Below, in pieces: positions 14,330-28,249 of a DNA stretch of 64,000 bases. A model generated the notes under the pieces. That model was not told the origin of the DNA, did not search any database, and saw only the letters and a list, made by a program, of their open reading frames with translations. The translations under genes were made by a program, and so were the position numbers. Within the stretch, counting starts at the first letter, position 1, and each line of letters begins with the position of its first letter. The DNA lies in the NCBI RefSeq assembly GCF_963921235.1, contig NC_086097.1, positions 83,764,001-83,828,000 on the forward strand. The letters are read 5' to 3'. The DNA comes from Mobula hypostoma. Taxonomy: Eukaryota.

Positions 14330-14792
14330 AGACCATCCATTTCATAGTTCGATGTGTTGTGCATTCTGCAAACCACTGTCATAACGTGCGGTCATTTGAG
14401 TTATCATCGTCTTCCTGTCAGTTTGAACCAGTCTGGCTGTTCTCCTCTGACCTCTGTCATTAACAAGGTGTTTTCTCCCACAGAACTGTCACTCACTGGA
14501 TGCATTTTTGTTGTTTTTTCTCTCTAAACTCTAGAAACTGTTGTGCATGAAAGACCAGCAGATTCTGAGATATGCCAACCACCCCGTCTGTCACCAACAA
14601 TCATTCCACGGTTTAAGTCCCTTAGATCACATCTCTTTCCCGTTCTGATATTTGGTCTGAACAATAACTGAAACTCTTGACCATGTCTGCATGCTTTTAT
14701 GCATTGAGTTGTTGCCACGTTGTTGGCTGATTAGAAATTTGCATTAGCGGACAGGTGTACAGGTGTACCTAGTAAGGTGGCCACGTGGTGTA
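14330..14792 (-). mobile_element. Non-autonomous Tc1/mariner derivative (partial)
   Basis: End ggtgtacctagtaaggtggccacgtggtgta; homologous to 40837-41353. Confidence 0.7.
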
Positions 14793-15109
14793 TTTGTCTG
14801 TTGCGGCTCTTAAGGAAGATACTCAGCGATTCAACTTCTAAGTGTCGGAGTCACGAGTTCGGTAAGGAATTCAGGAAGAACATTTCTCTCAGAGTAGAGC
14901 ATCATTGTCAACAAGCAGAAAATGGGATTCCCATGTGTAAAAGTGAGAGAGAAAGTACTGGCAGGATGTGTAAATGGGATGAGTGACAAGATACTGTGGA
15001 GCAGGAGCATTGGTACAACATGTTGAATCAGCCGCAGCTGGTGGTCAAGTGGTAACTGCTCTCATCATCAATCCTAAGACACCGATGAAAAAGACAAATT
15101 AGACCTTAA

Positions 15110-15740
15110 GACCATTAGATATAGGAGCAGAATTACCATCGAGCCTGCTCTGTCATTTCATTATGGCTGATCCAATTTTTCTCTCAGCCCCAATCTCCTA
15201 CCTTCTCTCGGTATACTTTCATGCCCTGACCAATCAAGAATCTTATGAACCTCTATAAAGGCTTGGTCTCCACAGCTGCCTGTGACAAGGAATTCCACAG
15301 ATTCACCACTCTGTGGCTAAAGAAATTCCTCCTCATCCTCCGTTCTAAAAGGGCGCCCCTCTATTCTAAGGCTATGTCCTCTGGTCTTAGACTCTCCCAC
15401 CATAGGAAACATCCTCTCCACAATCAACTCTATCAAGGCCTTTCACCATTTGATAGGTTTCAATGAGGACACCCCTCATTTTTCTGAATTCTAGTGAATA
15501 CAGGCCCAGAGCCATCAAATGCTCTTCATATGACAAGCTATTCAATCCTGGAATCATTTTTGTGAACCCTCTCCAGTTTCAGCACATCTGTTCTCAGATA
15601 AGGGCCCAAAAATGCTCACAGTATTCTAAGTCAGGCATCACCGGCGATTTGTAAAGTCTCAACATTACTTCCTTACTTTAATAGTCTAGTCCTCTTGAAA
15701 TGAATGCTTCCTCACCACAGACTTAACCTGCAAATTAACA
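15110..15740 (-). mobile_element. CR1 3' fragment
   Basis: Antisense CR1 3' motifs (gaattccacagattcaccactct; ataggagcagaatt tail). Confidence 0.8.
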
Positions 15741-16410
15741 TTTTAGGTTCAACATCAACATAACTTGTTTAAGTGCATTGTTGTATCTGCTACTGCTTGT
15801 TGGTTGAGTATCTACTGCCCTCTACATTGGTATAAACTGTTAAGCTGCATATCCTATATGTATTCTGTTAAATCCTGTGCATTCCTTGCTGCCCCATGTG
15901 TGGGAACTCTTCCAGATTATAGATGTACAAAATATTTAAGTGAAACAGAGGATGCACAGGATGTTTCTTTTTTAACAAAATCATGAGGTGATCTGAAATG
16001 TGGGTGAGGACCATCCTTTTTTGTCTTCTGTGAGTCTTGGCTTGAATGTTGAATAAAGTTACAAGTTCTTACAGTCATGAAGGCTGATAGGTGATTGGGA
16101 CAATCTGAATGCTTTCCATGTTGACAGCTAGAAATTCTCTCTCACAATCTTGTCCGGAAATGGGAACTATTTTAAAGTATTATTTAATGTTGGTGCACTA
16201 TATGAACTCTCTCTGTTTCTCTTCGTGGCTCAAGAAGGAAGTTTGGGCGATAGAGAATTGGGGAGAATTCAAAGCTTTGTGTCTGTACAGGTGAAGGCAG
16301 TTTCTAGTAATGAAATGATCAAAGCAATGGATCCACAAAGAACGACCAGAAAAGTGCAGGGATATCTGCATGACAAACAAGAGAAAATCTGCCGATGCAT
16401 TCTGTCTGTT

Positions 16411-16657
16411 GATTGATTGAGATACAGCACGGAATATGCCTTTCTGTCCCTTTGACCCACACCGCCCAACAACCCCCAGCTTAACCCCAGCCTAATCACG
16501 GGGCAATTTACAATTAACCTACCAACCGGTGTGGGAGGAAACCGGAGCACCTGGAGGAAATCTGCGCGGTCACAGGGAGAACATGGAAACTCTTGATAGA
16601 CAGTGGTGGGAAGTAAACCCGTGTCGCTGGTACTGTAAAGTGTTGTGCTAACCACTA
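16411..16657 (-). mobile_element. tRNA-derived V-SINE (HE1-like)
   Basis: Antisense of the V-domain motif gagtttccatgttctccc..ggtttcctcccacac. Related copies at about 10095-10255(+), 24085-24342(-), 26185-26378(-), 39340-39545(-) and 50300-50615(-). Confidence 0.75.
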
Positions 16658-16949
16658 GTTACTGTATATATTATGCATGGGAATGGGAGTCATTTGGCCC
16701 TTCAAGTCTCCAGCAGCTCTGAGCAATCCCATTCCTCACTGTCTTTCAACGTGACCAGACTCGGAGGACGGTAGGGGTAGAAGATATTCAAGTGAGAAGG
16801 AGTGAAGTCATAGAGTGGTTTAAGAGTCAGGGAGAGAATCTTTTAAATGAGGTATTAAAAGATTTTACTTTCTAAAATTTCAAGTAAATATGAAAGGAGT
16901 TGATTGATGCTGACCCCGGAGAATACAGAAAACATTAATTACTTGGGCA

Positions 16950-17150
16950 CAGACAAGAGAAAATCTGCAGATGCTGGAAACCCAAGCAACACAAACAAAA
17001 TGCTGGAGGAACTCAGCAGGCCAGGCAGCATCTAGGAAAAGAGCACAGGCGACATTTTGGGCCAAATCCCTTTGGCAGGACTCTGAAACGTCGACTGTAA
17101 TTCTTTTCCTAGATGCTGCCTGGCCTGCTGAGTTCCTACAGCATTTTATG
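16950..17150. mobile_element. Penelope-like pseudo-LTR fold-back
   Basis: Arms aaaatgctggaggaactcagcaggccaggcagcatctaggaaaaga / tcttttcctagatgctgcctggcctgctgagttcctacagcatttt, with gaaacgtcgactg in the centre. Confidence 0.75.
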
Positions 17151-18489
17151 AATTATTTGGGTTAAGGCAAAAGTGCGGTATGTATGATTTCCTTGACCTG
17201 GCTAATCTAAAGTGTCTGTACTGCCAAGCAAGTGATGCTGTGAAAATGAAGAAGGAGACCAATTTAAGGTTGCTTGTCTTTATTTGTTTGTTGTGTTACC
17301 AGACATTTAATAAGCGGAAGCAACATGTGTACCATCAGTCTCGGAGGCTTCGATGAAGGGGATGCTGATTCTTATAGTCTGCTGGTTGGACAATGCCTGT
17401 AACATTCAGAACCACCATCTCTTTCACAAGGAGTTTCCAATGTTTTTTGCAGTGCTGTCATTTATTTTTGAATGGAGGCACAGCTAGCATTTATTGCCAG
17501 CCACGAAGCGCCCTCAAGGAGGTATTTGTAAGGTGCCTTCTCGAATCGCTGCAGTCCTCATGGTGTTTCTGGGCAGGACGTTCCAGGACATGAGGAAAGA
17601 ACATATTAACCCACCTACTCTAGGAAGCAAGGCAATCCCAGAGTAAGGGTAAAAAGGAACAAAACATATCTCTTTGTTAATCTTAATTATGAGCAACACA
17701 TTTGTTTGGAATTTCAGATTTGGCAAGTATAGCTTTAGCTGCGGATGTATGTCTCCTATACAGGAAATGGCCTGACTTGACCCAACATCCTTGAAAGGAC
17801 TGCATTTGTGTAGAGAGCAGCGATGTCCACAGTATACGTACTATGGTTTCTTCAGTAACGTGTGCAGTGAAGTTTCATCCACTACGTTCTAATAAGCTAC
17901 AAGAATATATCCAACCATCACTTTAGGGAAACTGACATTGACCAGTGGAATTAAAGTGCAAAGTCGCTATTCTCAGCAGAAGCTGCCCATTAGATTCTTG
18001 GTTATCAGGAGGAATATTGCTATTTGGTTTGTAGCCTATTCTGCTAAAATAAAGAGTTTATTATTGTGGACCGGCTTCTGTGCAGAACTAACACCACAGA
18101 GGACTGCAGAAGGAACAGAGCTTTACTGGTATTCATTGTCATTAACCACGAGCTGCTTTCCGGACAGATTTGCCAAGCAAGGTGCAAGCCAGCAAAGAGT
18201 ATAAAAGTTAAATTCCTCCTTTAAGCTTTTGATTTAAAAGAAACCCTGTGCCAAACAGTTTCAAGATTACACTAACACCTGGGTAAAGAGTAACTGTAAA
18301 TAATTTAGCAATGGCATTATAAATGGGATTATTAATGAAAGCCAGAAGCCATGGATGAATCGGGAGATTGACAGTAAGCTGAGGGCTATACTTGTTGCAT
18401 TTAGAGCCAGCTATCTATTGCTCTACACAAAATCCAGGTATGACCTCGGGAAAACCATTATGAAAGCAAAAAGAAACTCAGCAGGCCAT

Positions 18490-19055
18490 GTCGTAAAGCT
18501 CCTCCGCTCCATTCCCCAAAAGCAGAACTTCCTGTTGGCCCAATACTTTAATTCTGATTCCCATTCCTGTTGTGACATGTTGGTCCACGTGCCACGATGA
18601 GGCCACCCTGGGGGTGAAGGAGGAACATCTTGTATTCGGGCTGGCTAGCCTCCAACCTGATGGTGTGAATATCAATTACTCCTTCTGGGATAAAAAATGT
18701 TTCCCTCCCCCTCCCCTCTTCTTCTTTCCCCTCTCTGGCCTCTTACCTCTTCTCACCTGCCCATCATCTCCTCGTGGTGCCCCTTCTCCCATGGTCCACA
18801 CTCCTCCCCAGAACGATTCTTTCCTGTCCTGCCATTTACCTTTCCTACCCACCTGGCTTCACCCATCATCTTCGCGCTATCCTCCTTCCACCCAACCCCC
18901 GGCTTTTTATTCTGGTGTCTCCCCACTTCTTTTCTAGTCCTGAAGAAGGATCTCGGCCCTTTATTTCCATAGGTGCTGCCTGACCTGCTGAGTTCGTCCA
19001 GCATTTTGTGTGTGTGTTGCTTTGGATTTTTAGTATCTGCAGAATTTATTGTGTT
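18490..19055 (+). mobile_element. Penelope-like element 3' end (GIY-YIG C-terminus plus pseudo-LTR)
   Basis: CHDEATLGVKEEHLVFGLASLQPDGVNINYS, a pyrimidine-rich spacer, and a partial hammerhead (agtcctgaagaagg) lacking GAAA. Confidence 0.75.
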
Positions 19056-20344
19056 CAGAAGGCCATGTGTTCAGAGACCAGGGGTATCACATTTTGATGA
19101 AATACAAGAATTAAAGTCCAATAATGGAGGATGCAAACAATTCCACTTTTCAAAAATGAATAGAGGGCTCCCTGCATTCTCTTTAATTCATTCCAATAGA
19201 AAATGATTAACATAGGTATTTTCACATCTGTGGGATCTTGCAAATACCCAATTTCTCTCTAAGCCAACTTCAAACTCATCTGTTTTCTTCACAGTACCAC
19301 TATAGTTAGGAACCGTTCTCTCTCTCAGGCCTTGAATATATATTTTATTCCCTAGATCTGTGTTCATCTGACTATTTCTAGTTTAAAATCATTGCAATCC
19401 AATTTTGTCCCTGAGAGACACCAGCTCAAACCAAAGGGGAACTCTTCTTGATAACACATTAAGGCCATAGTGCATAATAAATAATTGTTCCCTTTTGGTT
19501 TCTCTGGCTGTGGTATTCAAAGGCCTCATCACCTTCCTCAATCCTTCAGGCCTGTCATTGCATGGTTCCAGCCAAAGCCATTTGAGCTGTGGCTGCTTGT
19601 CTGCACACCTGTTTGGCTGTCTCTGAAGCCTCAGAGGACCTTTCCCCATTTTCCCTCTGACATTAAGATTTGGGTAATCTGAACTCTAAAGATTTTTGGC
19701 TTATTGCCCTTGCCTCAGATTGTTCTGACTCTGCTGCTGGCCTCTTGTACTACTTGCAAACATAGCTCTCTGTTTTGCTCAGGAGAAAGCAATAAGGCAT
19801 TATTCTCTCCTTTACTGAGACCACTTACGTGCAATTCAGCCTGCTTTGCCCTTTTTCAAGCAAAGAGGCCTGAGTTCTCCATTTTATCTCCTTGGCAGAT
19901 TCCCACTCCCATAAATTCTAAATTGTACGAAGCTGCCATGTGCGTCCTGCGTTGCAGTCCACCCTACTCACTCATCACACTTGGTTTTGCTGACTTGTGC
20001 TGGTTCCAGGATCTTACAACTTGTCCCAAATTCCTATTCCTCATCTTTGGCTAACCATCCAGTCCTGTGCCATCTCCATGACACTTTGCAACTAGATCCC
20101 TGGTCTCCTTCCCCTGCTCCCTGCAGAATTCTGCCTCCCTCTTACCTCTGCTCTATCAGTGAGATTTCCATTTCTTTAAAATAATGATAATACTGCCCCA
20201 GCAAACACCCAGCGTAACAAGTGCCAGTATCTTGGGAGCAAGTGTCCCGTAAGTCAGAACTACAGTTACACTTGCCACTCAGGTCGTGAGTGCAGATATC
20301 AGTTTAGCTATGATCATACTGCATCTTTGTATTAATTCGGTGGA

Positions 20345-20724
20345 GTGGTCATCCGTTATGTGACGGATGGAAATGACGTGGGCGATTATGGTCTTTCCGT
20401 GACCCTGATTGCTCTTGACAAATTTTTCTACAGAAGTGGTTTGCATTGTCTTCCGGGCAGCGTCTTTACAAGACGGGTAACCCCAGGCATTATCAATACT
20501 CTTCAGAGACTCTCTGCCTGGCGTCGGTGGTCGCATAACCAGGACTTGTGATATGCACCAGCTGCTCGTACAATCATCTACCACCTGCTCCCATGGTTTC
20601 ACTTGACCTGATCAAGTGGCTAAATTGGTGCACACTCCACTGTCCAAGGGTGGCCTGCAGGCCAGCAGAGGGAAAGAGCACCTTACACCTCCTTTGGTAG
20701 AGACATAGCTCCACCCCGCCTCCC
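20345..20724 (-). mobile_element. Short non-autonomous retroposon, putatively RTE-derived (family 1)
   Basis: Homologous to 28645-28700 plus 30199-30494; the RTE assignment is inference. Confidence 0.6.
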
Positions 20725-21060
20725 ATCTGGCTGAATTGGTTTACAAGTTATTCCCTTTGGGTTTCCCTGCCTGTGGTATTTGTAGTTCCTGGCCTCATCA
20801 CCTTCTTCAATCCTTCAGGCCTGTCATTGTATGGTTCCAGCTGTAGCCCTTTGAGAAGGGGTATGAAATGTTAGAATGAGTCCAAAAATGAAATATTGCA
20901 TGTTCTGCTGAATGTTCGAGGAAGCACGTTATTTGCAATTCTATTAGACCGATTTTTCACATACACGTCGCCTCTGTTTTCTACTGTAGGGATATATCAC
21001 AGTTTCCATCTCCATTCTATACATCATGCAAATCACTGCTTTTGTACTTTGCCACTCATT

Positions 21061-21633
21061 AGTAGGCAGCTGTCGATCCCAGGGGATCATGAGTTTGTGC
21101 GTCTGGTGGACTGTGTCCTCTCCAGGACGCAAGCCTGGGTGGGAAGATTTGAAGAACCCCGTCGCACGTCATTGATGTAGTCCAAGGGAAGGGCAAGCGC
21201 CGATACAGCTTGGCACCAGTGTCATCGCAGAGGTTGCCAGAGTGAAGTTGTAAGCAACGTCAAACTGCCTCAGGGACCCTGGCTCCGGATTTCTTCCTCG
21301 GGGTTTACTCCCGAAGCCTTTCCCGTGGGTGGGTATGGCCACAAGGCATGGAGGTTTAAAATCAGTTTCCCTTCTCGTAGATGGGCTGCCATCCAAAGCT
21401 GACGAGCCCCACCTGCCTGAAGCAACTGGTTTTGAGTCACCAGTGGTCCGCCTTTGCCCCTTCTCTTGTCAGTAGGAACAGTTCTGCTGGACCTAGTAGC
21501 TAAGCCACACGTGAAGGCCAAGAGTTGGACTTGGTTGTCAGAGGCTGTTAGAGTCGCACGCCTTTTGGAGCACTTTATAGGTGGTGCGAGCTTATCCTCA
21601 GTACCACCCCTGGCTATGAAAATCTTAGGAACC
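21061..21633 (-). mobile_element. Non-autonomous retroposon, putatively RTE-derived (family 2)
   Basis: Homologous in the opposite orientation to 44864-45345; shares body sequence with the tRNA-SINE at 59059. Confidence 0.6.
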
Positions 21634-22099
21634 TTTCACTACTATGTGTATATAAAAATATTCATGTGGGTGGGGAAGAGCTTATAGTTTTATGCTGAGA
21701 TTAACAGTCCATTCATTGTCTTCGGATGAGGCATCATGCCTCTGTGAACATGAAGTATGTGTCATCCAAAATGGCCATGTGAGAATGTATTAACTTGATT
21801 AGCATTACTGGGAACAATTTGTAATTACTGGGGACAATCAGTAATCACCAGGACCAGTCTCTCAGGACAGGTATGATGGAAGGCTGATCTCCGAAGCAGA
21901 ATCAAGGAGAACTCAAATGCTGAAAAAGAAGGAAGACAGTGGTGATTCTTGACATTCAGCTGATCAGAGTTTAACCTGCTGACATCGGGGTGGATCGTAA
22001 TGCTAATTAGGAAACTGATGTAACACCTCTTTCCAGTAACTAAAGCAGCTCCAGACAACCAGATCCATCTCAGTAGCTTCAGTGACAAGCACCTCGGGA

Positions 22100-25000
22100 G
22101 GGCAGGGGGCTCAAAACACTGTCAGGATGGCAATGAAGGACCTCCGTGAGGGAAGCCCCTTCACCAGGGACCGCTTCGTCAAGAAACTGCTGCTGGGAGT
22201 GCTACAGGTTTAAGGGTAAGGGCATGTACTACTGGGTTTTCCCAGGTAAGGGATATTTTGACGTTACTTTCAAGTACTTGGTGGGATGGCAGATATTGCA
22301 GGACGTCCAGGAGAAGGGGAATGAGAGGATGGGGACGTGCGGACAAATAGGGACAAGGAAAAGTTTCACTCTGTTGCCCCTCAGCACAATATCTGACACG
22401 TCCTAGACCTTGGACATGGAGAGTGCAAAACAATCAGAGACAGATCGGAGCAGGGACATGGACTGATCTCCCTCCCCAGGAACTCCCCTAGCATTGCCAT
22501 ACTCTAGGACTCTAGGGAGACCATTCCCAGTACCTGAGCCCAAAAATAGGCATCTCACCAAGGATGTGAGTAAGAGGGCTCATTATTGACAATGTACTTG
22601 TGAACCCTGAATTTCAAAATAATGTTTCTTTAAATCAAAATAAACTTCATCCATAATTTTAAAAATTAATTACAAGAATAAGCCTTTTCATTCTTACAGA
22701 TGGAGATAAAACTGGCGTCTCTAAACGTGCTCAGTGTGAGGATGTGTGATGTGTGAGCACCAGGAAATGTGTTCGCACCTTGTAGTACTTCGCCAAGGTC
22801 AAGGCAGATGTAACTCATTTGCTTGCAGGAAGTGTGGACTGCCACACATCCATTGGAGGTTTTCACAGTGGTGGTCCGTATGGTTGGGGGTGGGGAATGA
22901 ACATCCATTCTGAGTATGCTGCTTTGGGGAGCTAAATTCTCAAACACTGAAATCAAAGTGGTGGCGGGTGGGCAACTGTTTGCAGCTGATATAAAGCACC
23001 GTAACACTCTGCTCCAGCTAGTCCAGCCTTTCCTGTGCTGAGCGAACGGCTAGTTGTCCTCCAGCAGCTCCCGCTGCTGCCGGCTACATCCCTGCCAAGT
23101 TGTCTCGTCGGTGACTTGAACTGCTTCATTCCTGGGGCTGCACTCCCAGCAGTGCTGACAGGTGACTGTACGGGAGCTCTAGGCTCCCGATGGAAAATGT
23201 TAAAGACGCGAAGTTGCACGATGCCTTCAGCACCCCTGCAGGCAGAGCGCAGCCACAACACACTTGAAACCAGAGTGGGTGGCCCAGCACAGTACCAAAT
23301 AGACTTCCTCATCATATGGAAGGCAGTCATGGTCAGATCCACAGGTGTCATGCCAATGTCACCTTTGAGCTTCCTGTCACCTACAGGAAGACCAGAAGGC
23401 AGGCAGTGGGATGTGGAAGTTGAATGTAAAGTTGTAGAGAACATCAAGGGGCTAAAGAGGGATTATACAGAGAACTGTGATGCCCCTATTTGACTCTCCA
23501 ACACAACCAAGGAGAACACCAGGGTACACCAGAACACAGAAATAGGTCTTTTGGCTCAAATGGTCCATGCTGGCCAAGTTATCCCACCAAGCTAGTCCCA
23601 TTTTCCAGCATCTGGCTCATAATCTTCTGAACCTTTCCAATCCATGTAGCTATCCAATTGTCTTTTGTTACTGCAGCTGCCTCAGCCACTTCCTCTGGCA
23701 GCTCGTTCTAATATACATACTGTCCTCTATGTATCTCATGTATAAAAACAAAAGTTAACCCTCATTTTCCTAACAATTCATTCCCTTCTCACCTAAAAAT
23801 CTATGCCCTCTTGATTCCCCAATCAAGAAAGTCTGAGTACATACATTCTATTTATGCCCCTCATGATTTTACACTCCTCTATAAGATCACCTCTAGGTCT
23901 CTGACACTCCACAGAATAAAATCATAGCCTGTCCAGCCTCTCCCTATAACGCAATTCTTCAAACAATGGCAAACGCTCTTGTAGAGCTTTTCCAGTTTAA
24001 TAACTTCATTCCTATAGCAGGGTGATCAAAATTTAACACACTACAGGGAATTAGCTGAGTGAATCCATTCTGGCAGAGTTTATTTTATTTTGTTTCATTT
24101 ATTTATTTATTGAGATACAGTACAGAATAGGCCACACTGTCCAGGAATCCCCTGATTTAATCTGATTTGCAGTTTACAAACACCAATTAACCTACCAACT
24201 GGTACGTCATTGGGCTGTTGGAGGAAATTGGAGCACCTGAAGAAAACTCAAGCAGTCACTTACAAACTCCTTACAGGCAGTGTCGGGAATTGAACCTGGG
24301 TCGCCTGTACTGTAAAGCATTGTGCTAACCACTATGCCACTGTGATCCTACCCATTGTGCTAGGCTCTGTGGGACTAAATGGGCCGTATCTGCTGGAAAT
24401 GTACTGCACTATGCTTCTGGCTGACAGCATGTCAGACTTCATGAGGAAGGGCAGCATTACAAGCCGAAGGAGGAAAAGAAGTCATCAGGGACAGGAGACC
24501 CTGCTGTTGAATGTGGAATGCACGATCCTGTTGAAGGCCAATGCCAACCGGGTCGAGTCTGCCCTAAGGCAGGTGATCCACCCAGACCAAATCTGTACTG
24601 TTCCAGACAGGAAATCTTTTGACAGCCTTGCAGTGCTCAGGGATAGAGCCACCTCTGTGCAGGACAAAGTTGTCGTCAGTTTGGTCCAGAAGCAGTGCTT
24701 CAATAACATGTACGTGATGGACATGTTCTCCAAAAATGAGTTTTGGGGAGGGGATCAGAAATTGGATTCATCTGCTCTGTACAGCTATCCATAGTGCAGT
24801 CCAAAATAGTGGGTGGGAGATAGCCTGACCAGTTTCATCATCAGGCCTGGGGTCAGGCAGGGCTGTGCACTCTCCCCTGTCTTGTTTCCATGCTACATAG
24901 CAAATCACTGTACAATGTTCCTTCCACTCTTTACTTGGACCCACGGTCAGCTTACAGGTTAGTTGGCTTCTGTGACCATTTTGAGTTTGCATGAAAGTAC

Positions 25001-26170
25001 GAATCTTCACAAAGTTGCATGAAGCTTCCAAACACCCAAAGGTGCTGGGGATCTGTTCAGAGGGGTTGAATCGTGTAACAAGAACTGATTGGAGAGGATT
25101 TGGAATGGAAAACAAAAACTGAGTTGGTAGAAGCAGCACTCTCTGTCAATAACTGGGAAGAACTTGGTCATCAGGAGTGATCTGCTTTCAGGGCAGCTGT
25201 ACTTGGTACAGCTGTAACCTGTTCCCTGCTCCTCTTCCTCAGTAATCACCCAAGGATTTTCCAGCTTATCTGGAAGGTCCAAGATGAAGCAAATCAGTTG
25301 GGTCACATTGCACAAGTCCCCAGGGAATGGGGACAAAACCAATATGGCCCTTATCCTGATGACCACATTCCTGTGTGGCTGTATCAGGTAGTGTGGGGAC
25401 CAGAAGTACCTTGACACCAAGTGTCAATATGTGCTAAGGTTCTACCTGTCCCTGGTGTTGCAGAAAATAGGCCTGGCCCTGTATCTTCCAGTACTGTGAC
25501 ATGGTTCCCTAAGCCATCTGCCTAACCATCTGGCAGAACACCTCTTCACCAGATCTCATCAACAGCACCAAGACCAAGCTTTGTTAGTGAGGAGGGAGCC
25601 TTCCTGTACAGACAACATATCACCCTCAATATATGTTGCTGGCAGTGGGGAAGGGACAGTCACCCACCTGTTTATTTTTGCCAAGAGGATGTGGAGACAG
25701 ATGCAGAGGTCCAAGTCTCACTTCATCCCCAGCAGTTGCATAACAGTGGACTCTTTGATTTATGGCTGTTCCCAGGGACACAGAGACAGACATCCTTTGA
25801 AGGGTGTCCTTTGGTCTGCCCAAAACCCGTTGGTCTTCCGGCACAGCAAGAGGTCTGCAGGGAACGCTACAGATCAGGAAAGTCCAGGCAGCAAGAGCAA
25901 GTGCTGAGGGATGCACTGAAACTTGGTGCTGCCAGTGTTAAGTCTCAGTGGGGAAGGGCCAGAGCCCAGGCTCCTTCCACTACCACACATGGAGAGGCAG
26001 AGACAGGTGGAAAAGCCCTACAAACAACGACAAGCATGTATCACTGCAGAGGGCCACACCAATGGCATTGTGCTACACTTGTTAGTTTTTATTTTTAAAA
26101 GTTTGTATACTACTGAGTGCATTGACCGTGAATTTAAAAGGTTTTTTTTGGCATGATTCTTCCTTTGTAT
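22100..26170 (+). mobile_element. Decayed Tx1/L1-clade non-LTR retrotransposon, interrupted at about 23520-24345 by CR1 and SINE
   Basis: ORF1-like FVKKLLL..FDVTF; ORF2 start MEIKLASLNV (~22700), CLQE, GDLNC, IDFL; RT VIHPDQICTVPDRK..LRD; C-terminal EGTVTHLF. Confidence 0.7.
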
Positions 26171-28249
26171 ATATATTTTAATTATTCATTTATTTATTGA
26201 CATAGAATATGGAATAGGCCCTTCCAGCCCAACGAGATGTGCCACCCAGCAGTTCCCCGATTTAATCCTAGCTAATCATAGGACAATTTATAATGACCAA
26301 TTAACCTAGCAACTGTGGGAGGAAACTGGAGCCCCTGGAGAAAACCCATGTGGTCACGGGGAGAATGTACAAACTTCTATTATGAAAGAAATATATTTTT
26401 GATATATAAAAGAAAGTATAAACCTGATAACAATAGGAGTGATAACCTATAGCAATGTTGATCTATTTCAAATTTAGTGCTGAGAAAAAGATGTTGAACA
26501 AAAATATCTAGACTTTTTGAAAAGGAATAAAAACCCAAACCTGAGGACTCTATGAATATTAATAAAACCTTGCACTGTTTTTCTATTTCTTCTATCTTTT
26601 CAATTAATCTTAAAAATTGCCACCAATGATTCATCTCCCAGAGCAGCAGTTTAGTTGATGCTGTGATCTGGGTGGCCACAGCCTAAATTTGGACTGACTA
26701 TTTCACAATCAGTGCTGCTTGGGGAACACATTCCAGGACTCTCTAGTATTTGTGTGGATTTTCCTTGCAAGATGAAACCCTGGACTTCCAACACTCAGAC
26801 CAGTTGATGGTTGATGTTTGGTCAACCAGGAGGTGAGCCTTGGAGAAGAGGAGCTGAGTTTGTTGAGTTTAAAGTGTGATCTACAGGAGGCACTGGGATT
26901 ACAGTGGGTATGTGGAGGGAGTTTCAAGCCTCTTTGTCAGTAGGAGTGCTTCGCTAGTTGTCAGTTAGTGATGTTCTTTAAGGAAGGTGTTTTCTCTGCT
27001 AATGGTACGAGGTCTAGTCTGGACTGACACAGAAAACCACTTGAGCTGGATTGGGCTCAACGCTTCAGAGATAATCCCTGTGGTTTCCTGGGTATGGATA
27101 TCTACCACGTTATGGCTTCTCAACCAGGTCGGGCAGTGTGATTGTGCAATTGGGTAGATCAGGACAAAGGAAGCAGTGTGTCACCTGGTGGCTTTGTTGC
27201 CCCACGTAGTAGGCATTAAATAACATACAAAATTCACTCTTGCCTTGACCTCAGCTCCAGTATTTTGACAGTTCTCAGCAAGTCACTGTATGCTTAGGAG
27301 TATCTTGTGGTTGTATCTTGGATTGAGTAGCCAATTGAAGAACTCGAAATTAAGATGTCTTCTGATTCTCAAGTTACTTAGATGAAGACGACAACTTTCA
27401 TGTGGTTCTTTTATATTTGAACCCCTGTGAGTTCATTCTGTCAATGTTACCAAACCTTAGCTATGATCCTCCAAGAATTAAAATTCTACCTGCAAATATT
27501 GTTGAAGCAGTAATAAGCATATATCAGATAAAATGATATAATTTCCACAGCTTATTTGATGCACCATTGATGAATGATTAGGAAAGGAGGTACAATATAT
27601 GAATAGTGGATATTTAGTTCTGTGCATTAAGATAGCACAATTATAGTGGAAACAAAATTCATTGTAATTGTTTGTGTAACGTAGAATATAGCCATTAATG
27701 GAGCTTCTATAATGAGTTGGTCTGTTGTATTGGTGGGTTTACTATTAAATTCTGGAATCTGAAGCAATATTGTGACTTCCCCTCTCCCATGAAGGACTGC
27801 TGATATTGAACCAAACAGTTGGAAGATGCTGTCTGATCAATTCCCTATCCACTTGAAAACTCACTGCAATTCTCACTATTGCAAGCATCCATTGCTGAGG
27901 GAGGGGCAAGACAGAAGAGGGTTGTGTAGAGTAAGAGTCTATCAATGACGTGCCCTGCAAGTTCCATTGTTTTTTTTCTCTCAGGCACTGGACGTTGCTG
28001 GTAAGTCTAGTATTTATCACCCACCCCTTATTGCCCTCTAGATGGTGGTGAGCTCCCTTGACTGTTCTAGTCCTTCTGGGGAAGGTACACCACAGTGTTA
28101 TTGAGGAAAGAATCTTAGGACAATGAAGATCCAGCACATGTCTGAATCAGCATGGTGTATGACTTTGGAGGGCAACCTGCAAGAAGTGGTATTGCTATCT
28201 GTCTGCCATCCTTGAGCTCCTTGGTAGTGTCACAAGTCTGAGAGGAAGT

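Larger units (their letters stand above)
10520..14330 (+). mobile_element. Older Rex1/Babar-type LINE split into three pieces (10520-10919, 11732-12589, 14212-14330)
   Basis: RMLFINYNS, GAPQGSVLSPLL, FADDTTIVG, NKTKELIIGFRR; the RT sequence resumes across the LTR insertion; tail aataaatttactttgaactttg. Confidence 0.8.
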
